Assembly: GCA_963796275.1 (NCBI GenBank)
Contig: CAWCKY010000006.1
Coordinates: 1,024,001-1,088,000, forward strand
Reading direction: 5' to 3'
DNA length: 64,000 nt
DNA from: an uncultured Acidobacteriota bacterium
GTDB lineage: Bacteria; Acidobacteriota; Blastocatellia; RBC074
Numbering within the stretch: position 1 is the first letter of the stretch; every line of letters begins with the position of its first letter. Both the position numbers and the translations under genes were made by a program. The notes beneath the pieces were generated by a model that saw only the letters and a program-made list of their open reading frames with translations, had not been told where the DNA came from and ran no database searches. Positions 41,096 through 51,259 of this stretch are shown one piece after another.

Positions 41096-42352
41096 TTGAG
41101 AATTCTCTGGCTCAAAACAGAATTACTTCACCCTGTCGATAAAGGCGGAAAGATCCGCACCTACTATATGCTGAAGGAGCTGAAGCGCGAACATCACATC
41201 ACGTATCTCACGCTCGACGATGGCTCCGCTGCGCCCGATGCCCGCGAACAGGCGTCCGAATATTGTCATGACCTGGTGACCGTACCGCATCGCACGAGCC
41301 CGAAATTTTCCGCCGGATTTTATGCGGAGCTGGCGCGCAATCTCGCCTCTCCGCTTCCATACTTCATGCAGAAATACCGCTCGGCTGGTATGCAGAAGGC
41401 GATCGCCGATCGCCTCAAACATGGCCGCCCGGATGTGCTCGTTTGCGATTTTCTCGTGCCCAGTATCAACGTCCCGGCCGCGCTGCCATTGCCGTCCGTG
41501 CTTTTCCAGCACAATGTCGAAGCGATGATCTGGCGGCGGCATTACGAAGTGCAGACGAACCCGCTCCGCAAGGCGTATCTGCGCAACCAGTGGCGGAAAG
41601 CGCGGGATTACGAGCGGGAAGAATGCCGGCGGTACGATCGGATTGTGGCCGTCTCCGCGGATGACAGAGTGACCATGGAGCGCGAGTACGGACTTGCGAA
41701 TGTGGAGGAGATTCCAACCGGCGTCGATACGGATTATTTCCGCCCCGGCGGGAAGATCAGACCAGAGCCGAACCACCTGGTCTTCACTGGTTCGATGGAT
41801 TGGTTGCCCAACGAAGATAGTATCCGTTATTTCACCGCGCAGATTTTGCCGTTGATCAGGCAGAGCATTCCCGATATCAAACTGACGGTCGTCGGACGTA
41901 ATCCTTTTCCCGGCCTGATTGAGCTGGGAAAGCGCGACCCCGCGATTATGGTCACGGGTCGCGTCGACGATGTCCGGCCCTATATAGAGCGGGCCGCCGC
42001 TTATGTGATTCCGCTGCGCATCGGGGGCGGAACGCGCTTGAAAGTATACGAGGCGATGGCGATGGAGAAGCCGCTCATATCGACGTCCATCGGCGCGGAG
42101 GGGCTGCCCTTGTCCGACGGCGAGGATCTCTTGCTGGCCGATACGCCGGATGATTTCGCGGCGGCGGTCGTGCGCGTTCTAAGGGATCGAGCTTTGGCGC
42201 AAAAACTCGGGGCGCACGCCGCAACGACGGTCAGGGAGCGGTTCGGATGGGATCGGGTCGCCGAGCGCTTTGCCAATATTTGCCGGCGCGCGGCGGGGCT
42301 CGATCAGGTCGATGTACTTCAGTTTGAAAAAATGATGTCTGGACAAATATAG
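41096..42352 (+). CDS. GT4 glycosyltransferase (resembles PEP-CTERM/exosortase-associated sugar transferases)
   Basis: HPVDKGGKIRTY, HNVE, FTGSMDWLPN, PLRIGGGTRLKVYEAMA. Confidence 0.88.
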   Translation: MRILWLKTELLHPVDKGGKIRTYYMLKELKREHHITYLTLDDGSAAPDAREQASEYCHDLVTVPHRTSPKFSAGFYAELARNLASPLPYFMQKYRSAGMQKAIADRLKHGRPDVLVCDFLVPSINVPAALPLPSVLFQHNVEAMIWRRHYEVQTNPLRKAYLRNQWRKARDYEREECRRYDRIVAVSADDRVTMEREYGLANVEEIPTGVDTDYFRPGGKIRPEPNHLVFTGSMDWLPNEDSIRYFTAQILPLIRQSIPDIKLTVVGRNPFPGLIELGKRDPAIMVTGRVDDVRPYIERAAAYVIPLRIGGGTRLKVYEAMAMEKPLISTSIGAEGLPLSDGEDLLLADTPDDFAAAVVRVLRDRALAQKLGAHAATTVRERFGWDRVAERFANICRRAAGLDQVDVLQFEKMMSGQI

Positions 42353-42479
42353 AGGGGATAACTTTCATACTGATGCGGATAGACGCAAAAAAACGAGATG
42401 GCCAAAATGGCCGAAAATTATGGTCCCTCCGGCTTTTTTGTTGGTATTTTTGCTTCCATCCCGCAGCTAAGGCTTAAAA

Positions 42480-43793
42480 ATGAAAATAAGTATTTTCGGA
42501 CTGGGTTATGTTGGTTGTGTTTCGGCAGCGTGTCTTGCCAAAGCCGGGCACCAGGTCATCGGAGTCGACGTCAGTCCATTAAAGGTCGAGATAATCAACA
42601 GCGGTCGCAGCCCGGTCGTCGAACCTGGGGTGCAGGAACTGATCGCGGAGGCTGCCGATAAGGGATTGCTGAAAGCTACGATGGACCCCGGAATTGCAAT
42701 CGCAGAGTCGGATATCTCGCTTGTATGCGTCGGCACCCCCAGCAATCACAACGGCAGTCTCGATCTGACCTATGTCAAGGACGCCTGCCGCCAGATAGGG
42801 GCGGCGCTGGAGGCGAAACGCAATTACCACCTGATCGCTATCCGGAGCACGATGCTTCCCGGGACGATCACGGATGTAGTTATTCCGACGCTCGAAGCCT
42901 ATTCAAAAAAGCGGGCGGGCCGGGATTTCGGTGTCGCGATCAATCCCGAGTTCTTGCGCGAGGGGACTTCCATCCAGGACTTCAACAATCCGCCCTTCAC
43001 TCTGATCGGCGCGGATGACGATGACGCCATCGATCCTTTGCGCAAGCTATACGCGCAGTTGAGCGCGCCGGTCCTGACCGTCGGATTGCGAGAGGCGGAG
43101 ATGGTCAAATACGCCTGCAACTGTTTCCATGCGGTGAAAGTTACTTTCGCCAACGAAATCGGGATCATTAGCAAAGCGCTGGGGGTGGATAGTCACCGAG
43201 TTATGGAGGTCTTCTGTCAGGATACCAAGCTCAACCTGTCGCCATACTATCTCAAGCCGGGCTTCGCCTTCGGCGGTTCCTGTCTTCCCAAAGACCTGCG
43301 AGCATTGACTCATAAGGCCAGGGAAAAAGACCTCGAACTGCCGATGCTCAATTCCATCCTCCCGAGCAATCGGCGGCAGATCGAGCGCGCAATCGAGATG
43401 GTTCTTCGGACGGGCCGCCGTAACGTCGGGATATTAGGGCTCAGTTTCAAACCGAACACCGACGATCTGCGTGAGAGCCCGATCGTGACGCTGGTCGAAC
43501 AGTTGCTGGGCAAAGGAATGAAACTCGCGATCTATGACCGTGAGGTCGAGCTTGCCAAGTTGTTCGGCGCGAACAAAAACTACATCGAGCGCGAAATTCC
43601 CCATATCTCCTCCCTCATCTACCCCAACCTCGCAGACGTCATCCAATCCTCCGAAGTGATCATTATCGGCAAAAGGGATGAGGAGTTCCGCAAACTTCTA
43701 GACCTGCCCGATAACAATCGAGTGATCATCGACCTGGTGAGGATGATCGAACCCGAGAAGGGCAACGAAAATTATCAGGGGTTGTGCTGGTGA
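42480..43793 (+). CDS. algD: GDP-mannose 6-dehydrogenase-like (AlgD-type) nucleotide-sugar dehydrogenase
   Basis: MKISIFGLGYVG, ICVGTP-like LVCVGTP, NPEFLREG, KYACNCFHAVKVTFANEIG, YLKPGFAFGGSCLPKD, DDLRESP. Confidence 0.8.
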   Translation: MKISIFGLGYVGCVSAACLAKAGHQVIGVDVSPLKVEIINSGRSPVVEPGVQELIAEAADKGLLKATMDPGIAIAESDISLVCVGTPSNHNGSLDLTYVKDACRQIGAALEAKRNYHLIAIRSTMLPGTITDVVIPTLEAYSKKRAGRDFGVAINPEFLREGTSIQDFNNPPFTLIGADDDDAIDPLRKLYAQLSAPVLTVGLREAEMVKYACNCFHAVKVTFANEIGIISKALGVDSHRVMEVFCQDTKLNLSPYYLKPGFAFGGSCLPKDLRALTHKAREKDLELPMLNSILPSNRRQIERAIEMVLRTGRRNVGILGLSFKPNTDDLRESPIVTLVEQLLGKGMKLAIYDREVELAKLFGANKNYIEREIPHISSLIYPNLADVIQSSEVIIIGKRDEEFRKLLDLPDNNRVIIDLVRMIEPEKGNENYQGLCW

Positions 43794-43859
43794 AATATTA
43801 GCGGGTCACTGCCCTATCCCCGAAAGTTTTTACCAGTTATTGTCACTCTTATTTGAGGC

Positions 43860-45551
43860 ATGAAATACAATAATAAATTCTCAATAATTATCGCGCTATT
43901 GATAGCTGTCTTTGTATCGGTGAACTGCCGTCTCCTGCCATCGCAGGCTGCGAGCACATTGACCGAGGATGAGCTCAGGAGTATGGAGAAACGGGCCAAT
44001 CCGGCGACCGAGGTCTCTGGGAGAGAGCCGGAGTTGCCTCGCGTCTTTCTGGATACGACCTATAAACAGCCGGCGCGTGCCCCCAAACAGATCGCTGCGG
44101 GCGATGATCTACAAGCGGCGCTCAATACAGCGAAGCCGGGCGATGTGCTGTCGCTCCAAGCGGGGGCTACATTTACGGGAAACTTCACACTGCCGGCGAA
44201 AGCGGGATCCGAGTGGATCATCGTGCGCACTTCCGCTTCGGACAGCAGCCTGCCGCCACCGGGCGTCCGCATCACTCCGGCCCATTCGAAATTGATGGCC
44301 AAAATCATGACTCCTAATGGGCAGTCCGCGTTGACGACCGATGAAGGCGCGCATCATTTCCGGTTTATCGGTATCGAATTCACGGTGGCCTCCGGGGTCA
44401 AGCAGGCGAACAGCCTGATTATCCTGGGCGACGGGCCGACTTCTCTGGCGCAATTACCGCACAACCTGATTTTTGACCGGGTCTACATCCACGGTAATCC
44501 TACTCTCACGTTGCGCCGCGGGGTTATGCTCAACAGCGCGTCGACGGCATTCATCGATTCTCATATTTCGGACTGTCATGAGAATGGAGCGGACTCACAG
44601 GCGATAGTCGGTTTTAGCGGGCCGGGCCCGTTTAAGATCGTCAATAACTATCTGGAAGGCGCCGGCGAGAACGTAATGTTCGGGGGCGCCGAGCCGACGA
44701 TAAAAAACCTCGTGCCGTCCGACATTGAGTTCAGACTCAACCACTGTTTCAAACCGCTTTCGTGGAAAGTCGGTGATCCGAGTTACGCCGGACGAAAATG
44801 GTCGGTCAAAAACCTTTTTGAGTTGAAGAACGCCCAGCGGGTGTTGGTCACGGGCAACGTCTTCGAGAATAACTGGGCCGATGCCCAGAATGGCTTCGCA
44901 ATTCTGTTCACACCGCGCGGTCACGGCGCGCCGTGGTCGGTGGTCCAGGATGTGACCTTCACCAATAATATAATTCGTCATTCGGGCGGCGGATTTAACA
45001 TCAGCGGCCGCGATGATAACGAGCCGAGCCTGCCTACGAAACGCATCCGAATCAGCAACAATCTTTTAGAAGACTTGAATGGTTCGCGATGGGGTAACGG
45101 CACGGGTAGATTCTTCCAAGCCGTCCTGGGGCCGAGTTTCCTTACGATCGAGCACAATACCGCATTTCAGAGTAATCACATCGCTGTGTTCGATTCTTCT
45201 CCGCCGGGGGAGCACTTCATATTTCAAAATAACATCGTGCTAAACAATGAATATGGTTTGTTTGGCTCAGGTGTGGGGCAGGGGACTGCGGCGCTCGAAA
45301 AATACTTCCCGGGCTATGTATTCCGCAGGAATGTGATTATCGGCGGTTCGAGCAAGCTTTATCCGCAGGATAATTTTTTCCCCGGGAGCATCGATGATGT
45401 GAAGTTCATCGATCAGAAAAGCGGCAACTATCGGCTGGCTTCGGGCAGCCCTTTTTCGAATCGAGGCACCTCGGGGAAAAATATCGGTTGCGATTTCAAT
45501 CTTCTCGAATCTGCGCTCTCGGGAAAATCGGCTGACGAAGGTGGTAAATAA
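43860..45551 (+). CDS. Secreted right-handed beta-helix (pectin-lyase fold) protein
   Basis: Signal peptide; DLQAALNTAKPGDVL cap; repeated NN.F/I beta-helix rungs; NYRLASGSP tail. Confidence 0.75.
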   Translation: MKYNNKFSIIIALLIAVFVSVNCRLLPSQAASTLTEDELRSMEKRANPATEVSGREPELPRVFLDTTYKQPARAPKQIAAGDDLQAALNTAKPGDVLSLQAGATFTGNFTLPAKAGSEWIIVRTSASDSSLPPPGVRITPAHSKLMAKIMTPNGQSALTTDEGAHHFRFIGIEFTVASGVKQANSLIILGDGPTSLAQLPHNLIFDRVYIHGNPTLTLRRGVMLNSASTAFIDSHISDCHENGADSQAIVGFSGPGPFKIVNNYLEGAGENVMFGGAEPTIKNLVPSDIEFRLNHCFKPLSWKVGDPSYAGRKWSVKNLFELKNAQRVLVTGNVFENNWADAQNGFAILFTPRGHGAPWSVVQDVTFTNNIIRHSGGGFNISGRDDNEPSLPTKRIRISNNLLEDLNGSRWGNGTGRFFQAVLGPSFLTIEHNTAFQSNHIAVFDSSPPGEHFIFQNNIVLNNEYGLFGSGVGQGTAALEKYFPGYVFRRNVIIGGSSKLYPQDNFFPGSIDDVKFIDQKSGNYRLASGSPFSNRGTSGKNIGCDFNLLESALSGKSADEGGK

Positions 45552-45672
45552 AATATTTGTATTTATTTTTGTTATCAGAGTACAACCTAAAATTCAGAAG
45601 ATGTTATCTAAGCAATGGCGGCCAAATTTGGGTTAAATCCGCAGCATAACAATTTTAGGTATTCTCAAAATA

Positions 45673-47205
45673 ATGGAAACGACGATCACAACAACTCATC
45701 ATCTACAGGTGCGGACGATTACCAGCATACTGGTGCTACCGGTTGTCGTCTTAATCGGACTGTTTTATCTCCTGACTATCAGGCAAGGTCACGCGTGGGG
45801 TGATGATTTCAGCATGTATATTCACCACGCGAAGAATATCTCGGCAGGCGTTCCTTACGGGCAGACGGGGTATATCTACAATCCATACCTTCACCACTAT
45901 TATGCCAATCAAGCACAAATCGGCCCGCAAACATATCCGCCGGTCGTTCCGCTGTTGCTGACGCCGATCTATTATTTCTGGGGATTGAACCTGAATGCTT
46001 TCAAGATAGGACTTATCCTGACCTTTCTCCTGGCCTTAATCGTCAATGCGCAAGCCTTTAAAAATTATATCTCTCCGCTCTGGCTGGCTGCTTTGATCGG
46101 CATCATCGGATTTAACCCGTTTCTCTGGCAATTTAAAGATAATATAGTTTCAGATATCCCATTCCTGTTTTTCATTTACCTGAGCCTCTTCTCAATCCAG
46201 CATGCCTACGAATCCGCTGAGGCTCGAGGAAAGTTAGGTGCTCTGCTGGTTGCGCTTTCGATCTACCTGGCTTATGGAACCAGGAGCATCGGCATATTAT
46301 TGATTCCATGTCTGTTGATATACGACTATATAAATAATCGTAGGGTAACCGCATTCGCCATTCAGGTTGTTGCTTTTGCGGGTGGACTGATACTTCTCCA
46401 AAATCTTTTACTTCACAGTGACAGCACTTATGCCGATCACCTGGGTTTCGGCATAAGCGTTGTCATTCATCATCTCAAAGAGTACCCCAAGGCGCTCTCT
46501 GAATTCTGGTTGAACGGTTACAACAAGCCTTTTCGGATCGTTCTTTTTGCATTCGTTTCCATCTTTGCAATATTGGGTTATTTCATATGTCTCAGACGAA
46601 GGATCGGCTGTTTCGAGATTTTCTTTGCGATCTATCTGGCCGCCATCTTGGTTCTCCCGGTCTATGATGGGATCAGATTTCTCATGCCGGTCATTCCCCT
46701 CTATCTGTTATATGCCCTGGTCGGAATAAAAGAAATATTTCGCGATAGGGCGCGTGTAAGAAGGCCGGTCTTTGCTGCGCTGATGGCGGCTATAGCTCTA
46801 ACTTATACTGGGCAGTATACGAAGATGGAATTCGGTCCGATAAGAGAAGGAGTTGTTAAAAGCGAGGCGCAGCAGTTTTTTACTTATGTTAGGGAGAAAA
46901 CGGGAGACCATGACACTTTCGTCTTCCGCAAGCCCAGAGCTCTGACGTTGTTTACGGGAAGGAGCGCCTCCGCCTGGCATAAGCCAGCGGACGATCAGGC
47001 GCTGTGGAATTACTTCCGGGAGATCAATGCTACATTCCTTGTCCTCGGGCCTGATGGGATTGAGCCGGAGGACCAGGAGTATTTAAGCCGTTTCATCGGA
47101 AGAAATGGCGATCGGCTTGAGAAAACCTATTCCAACGTGGATTTTGAAGTCTATCGCATAAAAGGTACAGGCAATGTCGTAAGTGACGATGTCCGGAAAC
47201 CGTGA
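45673..47205 (+). CDS. GT-C fold membrane glycosyltransferase (ArnT/PMT-like)
   Basis: WGDDF..Y acidic motif after TM1; YPP; SDIPF; about 11 TMs; RFLMPVIP; periplasmic C-terminal domain. Confidence 0.75.
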   Translation: METTITTTHHLQVRTITSILVLPVVVLIGLFYLLTIRQGHAWGDDFSMYIHHAKNISAGVPYGQTGYIYNPYLHHYYANQAQIGPQTYPPVVPLLLTPIYYFWGLNLNAFKIGLILTFLLALIVNAQAFKNYISPLWLAALIGIIGFNPFLWQFKDNIVSDIPFLFFIYLSLFSIQHAYESAEARGKLGALLVALSIYLAYGTRSIGILLIPCLLIYDYINNRRVTAFAIQVVAFAGGLILLQNLLLHSDSTYADHLGFGISVVIHHLKEYPKALSEFWLNGYNKPFRIVLFAFVSIFAILGYFICLRRRIGCFEIFFAIYLAAILVLPVYDGIRFLMPVIPLYLLYALVGIKEIFRDRARVRRPVFAALMAAIALTYTGQYTKMEFGPIREGVVKSEAQQFFTYVREKTGDHDTFVFRKPRALTLFTGRSASAWHKPADDQALWNYFREINATFLVLGPDGIEPEDQEYLSRFIGRNGDRLEKTYSNVDFEVYRIKGTGNVVSDDVRKP

Positions 47206-47218
47206 AAACCATGAAGAT

Positions 47219-47282
47219 GTAGGGCGGATTTCCTGACGGGCCCCGAATCCGCACCGGAGGCAGGTTGGAAAATCTGCCATCC
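47219..47282. repeat. Degenerate GTAG-type REP-like element
   Basis: GTAGGGCGGATT...AATCCGC and GGCAGGTTGGAAAATCTGCC palindromes, resembling 6043..6105. Confidence 0.4.
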
Positions 47283-47302
47283 GGCATATCCGAGGAGATA
47301 CG

Positions 47303-48364
47303 ATGAGTTCGAAATCGAGTAATGAAAACCTGGCAGGGCGTTTCACTAAGCCTGTCATAGAAATCTTCTCCACCTGCCCGCAATCGAGCCAGGTTTCTGA
47401 AGAAGACTATCTCAAGAACGTTGCCGATGTCGCGCGCTGGAGCGAGCAGTACGGTTGTAAAGGTATTCTTGTATATACGGATAATTCACTCATCGACGCC
47501 TGGCTGGTTTCTCAGTTGATTATTCAGAGCACTAGCGCTTTGTGCCCGCTCGTGGCGGTCCAGCCCGTCTATATGCACCCTTACACGGTGGCCAAAATGG
47601 CAGCCAGTTACGGATACCTCTACAATCGTCGGATCTTCCTCAATATGGTAGCAGGCGGGTTCAAGAATGACCTGACAGCTCTCAATGATACGACTCCGCA
47701 TGACAGAAGATACGACCGGATGATCGAATACGTCCACATCATCAAAAAGCTCCTCGCCGATCCAAACGGGATCAGCTTCGAGGGGGAGTTTTACAAGGTT
47801 GACAAACTGAAGATGACGCCTTCTCTGTCATCTGAGCTATTCCCCGGCATTTTCGTTTCGGGATCATCCGAAGCCGGGCTGGTAGCTGCCAAAGCGATGG
47901 GAGCGACGGCGGTCAAGTATCCGAAACCTCCGGGCGAGTATGAGAATGAGCCGCCGGAAGAGATGATAGGTTCCGGCGTTCGTGTCGGTATCATCACACG
48001 AGAGGGTGAGGATGATGCTTGGCGCGTCGCGCACGAGCGGTTCCCGCAGGACCGCAAAGGCGAGCTGACCCACCAGCTTGCCATGAAAGTTTCAGACTCC
48101 GTCTGGCATAAACAGCTCTCGGACCTGGGAAAGACGGTTGAGAACAATCCGTACTGGCTCGTGCCGTTCCAGCATTACAAAACTTTTTGCCCGTATCTGG
48201 TCGGCAGTTACACCAAAGTGGCTGCTGAGTTGACACGTTACATCGACCTGGGATTTCACACCTTTATCCTGGATATCCCCCCGAACGAGGAAGAGCTCTA
48301 CCACATCGGAACGGTTTTCAAACTGGCGATCGAAAAAACAGCAGTGAAGGGAGTGGCGTCGTGA
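47303..48364 (+). CDS. LLM-class (luciferase-like) flavin-dependent monooxygenase
   Basis: PLVAVQP, PYTVAKM, LNMVAGG, RYDRM.EY, FEGEFY, SGSSEAG, LVGSY; SsuD-like pattern. Confidence 0.85.
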   Translation: MSSKSSNENLAGRFTKPVIEIFSTCPQSSQVSEEDYLKNVADVARWSEQYGCKGILVYTDNSLIDAWLVSQLIIQSTSALCPLVAVQPVYMHPYTVAKMAASYGYLYNRRIFLNMVAGGFKNDLTALNDTTPHDRRYDRMIEYVHIIKKLLADPNGISFEGEFYKVDKLKMTPSLSSELFPGIFVSGSSEAGLVAAKAMGATAVKYPKPPGEYENEPPEEMIGSGVRVGIITREGEDDAWRVAHERFPQDRKGELTHQLAMKVSDSVWHKQLSDLGKTVENNPYWLVPFQHYKTFCPYLVGSYTKVAAELTRYIDLGFHTFILDIPPNEEELYHIGTVFKLAIEKTAVKGVAS

Positions 48365-49971
48365 ACTCGTTGTTACAGCAACTCGTAACCAGACAGGCGG
48401 AAAAATGCCCGGATCAGACGGCGATCGTTTATCAGAAACAGCGGATGACTTACGCCGAGCTGGAAGAAACATCGAACCAGTTGGGACGTCTTTTGAAGGA
48501 GGCCGGATGCCGAAGAGGTGACCGCGTCTGCTTCCTGATCCCCAAAACCCCGGCGGCAATCACAACTATCCTGGGCATTCTCAAAGCCGACTGCGTCTAT
48601 GTTCCTCTCGATACGGCTAGCCCGGTTCCGCGACTGGAGAAGATCGTCGATGCATGCAATCCTCGTTGCATCATCGCCGGTGGAGCGGTTGATTCGCTGC
48701 TGGATGGATTAATGGCCGATGAGTCGCGCCGCAACGGGACGAAGCTCGGGTGGATGGGTGAAGGGGGGAGCCACAAGCTCAAGCCACAGTTTACCCGTGA
48801 AGACCTCAGCGCTTACTCGAGCGCGCCCTTGGATTACGAGAACTCGATGAGCGATGCCGCTCATCTCCTTTTCACTTCCGGCTCGACGGGAGTGCCCAAG
48901 GGAGTTGTCATCACCCATTCCAACGTAATCACCTTCATCGAGTGGGCAGTGAAGTATTTCGGAACAAAATCATCGGACAAGATATCGAGTCATCCCCCGC
49001 TGCATTTCGATCTTTCGACTTTCGATATCTACGGTACATTATCATCCGGGGCACAGCTTCACATCGTCCCAACCGAGTTGAACCTGGTGCCGCACAAATT
49101 GGCCGATTTCATCCGCGCTTCCGAGCTGACACAGTGGTTCTCGGTGCCTTCGGTATTGAACTTCATGGCGAAAGCCGATGTCATCAAATTCGATGACTTT
49201 CCGTCACTGGAACGGCTGCTCTGGTGTGGAGAAGTATTTCCGACGCCTCCGCTGATTTACTGGATGAAGCGGCTCCCGCGCGTTAAATTCACTAATCTCT
49301 ACGGGCCGACGGAGGCTACGATTGCGAGTAGCTACTATAGCGTGCCCGCCTGCCCCGACGATGAACGGGCGCAGATACCGATCGGGTTGCCATGCGACGG
49401 TGAGGATTTGCATGTCCTGGATGAGGAATTGAAACCATTGCCTCACGGCGAAATAGGCGATCTCTATATCAGCGGCGCCGGATTAAGTCCAGGCTATTGG
49501 CAGGATCAGGAGAAGACCGGTGCCGTATTTTTGCGGCGCCCCGGCAGCACGGATCCGAACGATCGCATTTACAAGACCGGGGACCTGGCGAAGCTCGGTG
49601 AAGACGGCCTGGTTTATTATCTAGGGAGGGCCGACTCGCAGATCAAGAGCCGCGGATACCGCATCGAGCTGGGTGAGATCGAGACGGCTCTCAATGCCCT
49701 CAATATCACAGAGGAATGCGCGATAGTTGCGATCAATACGGAAGGCTTCGAAGGCGTGGCGATCTGCTGCGCTTACGTGCCATTTCAAAACGCGGATGCA
49801 TCACCGGTAAAGTTGCGCACAGAACTGAGTAAGGTGTTGCCCGGTTATATGTTGCCCGGGCGTTGGCTGCCGTTTGAGCGCTTGCCCAAGAATGCAAATG
49901 GGAAGATCGACAGGAAAGTACTGAGAGAACAGTTTCAACAAGAGGCAAAACAAACAGGAGAATCTGGCTGA
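48361..49971 (+). CDS. Stand-alone amino acid adenylation enzyme, DltA-like
   Basis: FTSGSTGVPKG, HFDLS, WCGE, NLYGPTE, YKTGD, GRADSQIKSRGYRIELGEIE, LPKNANGKIDR; no condensation or thiolation domain. Confidence 0.9.
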   Translation: MNSLLQQLVTRQAEKCPDQTAIVYQKQRMTYAELEETSNQLGRLLKEAGCRRGDRVCFLIPKTPAAITTILGILKADCVYVPLDTASPVPRLEKIVDACNPRCIIAGGAVDSLLDGLMADESRRNGTKLGWMGEGGSHKLKPQFTREDLSAYSSAPLDYENSMSDAAHLLFTSGSTGVPKGVVITHSNVITFIEWAVKYFGTKSSDKISSHPPLHFDLSTFDIYGTLSSGAQLHIVPTELNLVPHKLADFIRASELTQWFSVPSVLNFMAKADVIKFDDFPSLERLLWCGEVFPTPPLIYWMKRLPRVKFTNLYGPTEATIASSYYSVPACPDDERAQIPIGLPCDGEDLHVLDEELKPLPHGEIGDLYISGAGLSPGYWQDQEKTGAVFLRRPGSTDPNDRIYKTGDLAKLGEDGLVYYLGRADSQIKSRGYRIELGEIETALNALNITEECAIVAINTEGFEGVAICCAYVPFQNADASPVKLRTELSKVLPGYMLPGRWLPFERLPKNANGKIDRKVLREQFQQEAKQTGESG

Positions 49972-50184
49972 AGCGGGCATGTTCATAAAATAATGAAGTC
50001 ACCAGTTTGCTATTGATATCTTGATATAGGCAAGGCATTTCACCTCCGAGTGCAGAAGGCCAAATAAACCTTGGCGCCTCGGTTGTGAATCGGATCTGGT
50101 TCCGGGTTTTCCCGACGTCACTGGTAGCGAATAGTTTAAATTTGCAAATGCCTCAGCTGGATAGCGATAATTATCGGGGGACAC

Positions 50185-51132
50185 TTGAACGTATTATTGG
50201 TTGGCGAAGAGTCGGCCGGAGCCCAGACGCTGAAATTATTGGCGAATAGCTCCTATAAACTTGTGGGGGTAATGGCTTCGCCGACCAGAAAGAGTGCGGG
50301 CGGGCTGACGGTGTGGCAACTCGCCGAGAAAATGGGTTACCGCACCTGGCCGGCTGAACTGGTTAAAGACCCTGATTTTGCCGATGTGGTCAGATCTGAG
50401 AAGGTTGATTTACTGCTCAACGTTCATTCGTTATTCGTTATAAAAGGAGAGATAGTCTCAGCCCCTCGTTACGGCAGCTATAACCTGCACCCCGGCCCAC
50501 TTCCGCGTTATGCAGGTCTTAACGCGCCCAGCTGGGCGATCTACCGAGGTGAACGAGGGCACGGAGTAACGTTACACAGGATGCTGGCAGGTATAGATAC
50601 CGGAACGATCGCGTATCGGGCGCTCTTCGATATTGATGATAACGACACCGGGTTCTCAGTCAGCGCAAAGTGCATCAAGTTGGGAATGGAGCTGATCAAG
50701 AATCTGTTGGACGCGGCAGAGAGAGGCCCTGACCATATCCCGGCTATCGAGCAGGACTTCGCGCAGAGAGAGTATTTCGGTAGGGGAACGCCGGAAGAAG
50801 GTTGGATAGACTGGTCTCGACCCGCACGGGAGGTATTCAATTTCGTGCGGGCTGCCGACTATTCCCCATTCCAATCGCCCTGGCAAACCCCTCGCTCGAG
50901 ATTGGGAGACGAGGAGATCGGATTCGTAAAGGTAGCGCTAACCGGGCATGCGTGTGACGAGCAGCCCGGGACGATAGCCATTAAAGACGGGGAAGCAGTG
51001 AGGGTCTCATGCTCCGACGAATGGATTGATGTCAAGCGGGTTCAGAAGCAAGGAAAAATTTCAAACGCCATCGATCTGCTGCCGCCCGGGAGCAGATTGG
51101 AATGGGAGTCGGCTATAGCGACAAAAGTATGA
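50185..51132 (+). CDS. N10-formyl-THF-dependent formyltransferase (Fmt/ArnA-like)
   Basis: YNLHPGPLPRYAG, GVTLHRM, IDTG (Asn-His-Asp triad intact), WIDWS C-terminal domain; TTG start. Confidence 0.88.
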   Translation: MNVLLVGEESAGAQTLKLLANSSYKLVGVMASPTRKSAGGLTVWQLAEKMGYRTWPAELVKDPDFADVVRSEKVDLLLNVHSLFVIKGEIVSAPRYGSYNLHPGPLPRYAGLNAPSWAIYRGERGHGVTLHRMLAGIDTGTIAYRALFDIDDNDTGFSVSAKCIKLGMELIKNLLDAAERGPDHIPAIEQDFAQREYFGRGTPEEGWIDWSRPAREVFNFVRAADYSPFQSPWQTPRSRLGDEEIGFVKVALTGHACDEQPGTIAIKDGEAVRVSCSDEWIDVKRVQKQGKISNAIDLLPPGSRLEWESAIATKV

Positions 51133-51259
51133 CGTTAGCTCTGTTTATATGGATGAAAAGTGGAACAAAAACAACAAAAAAGGCGATCAAGTCATTAGGG
51201 ATTTTGTTGCCTCTTTTTCGTTATTTTTGCCTCCGTAATTGTTATGGAGAACTCGTTAA

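Noticed and set aside
42480-43793. Alginate operon
   Set aside because: Only an AlgD-like gene is present; no alg8/alg44/algE/algK synthase machinery.
49972-50184. Riboswitch between the A-domain and formyltransferase genes
   Set aside because: No recognisable conserved aptamer motif by eye; an Rfam scan would be needed.
50185-51132. Housekeeping methionyl-tRNA formyltransferase (fmt)
   Set aside because: It lacks the typical FMGTP start and def/rsmB context and is embedded among carrier-protein genes.
51160-51232. A-rich/T-rich imperfect inverted repeat (similar one near 42380-42455)
   Set aside because: Too degenerate and low-complexity to call as a terminator or element.
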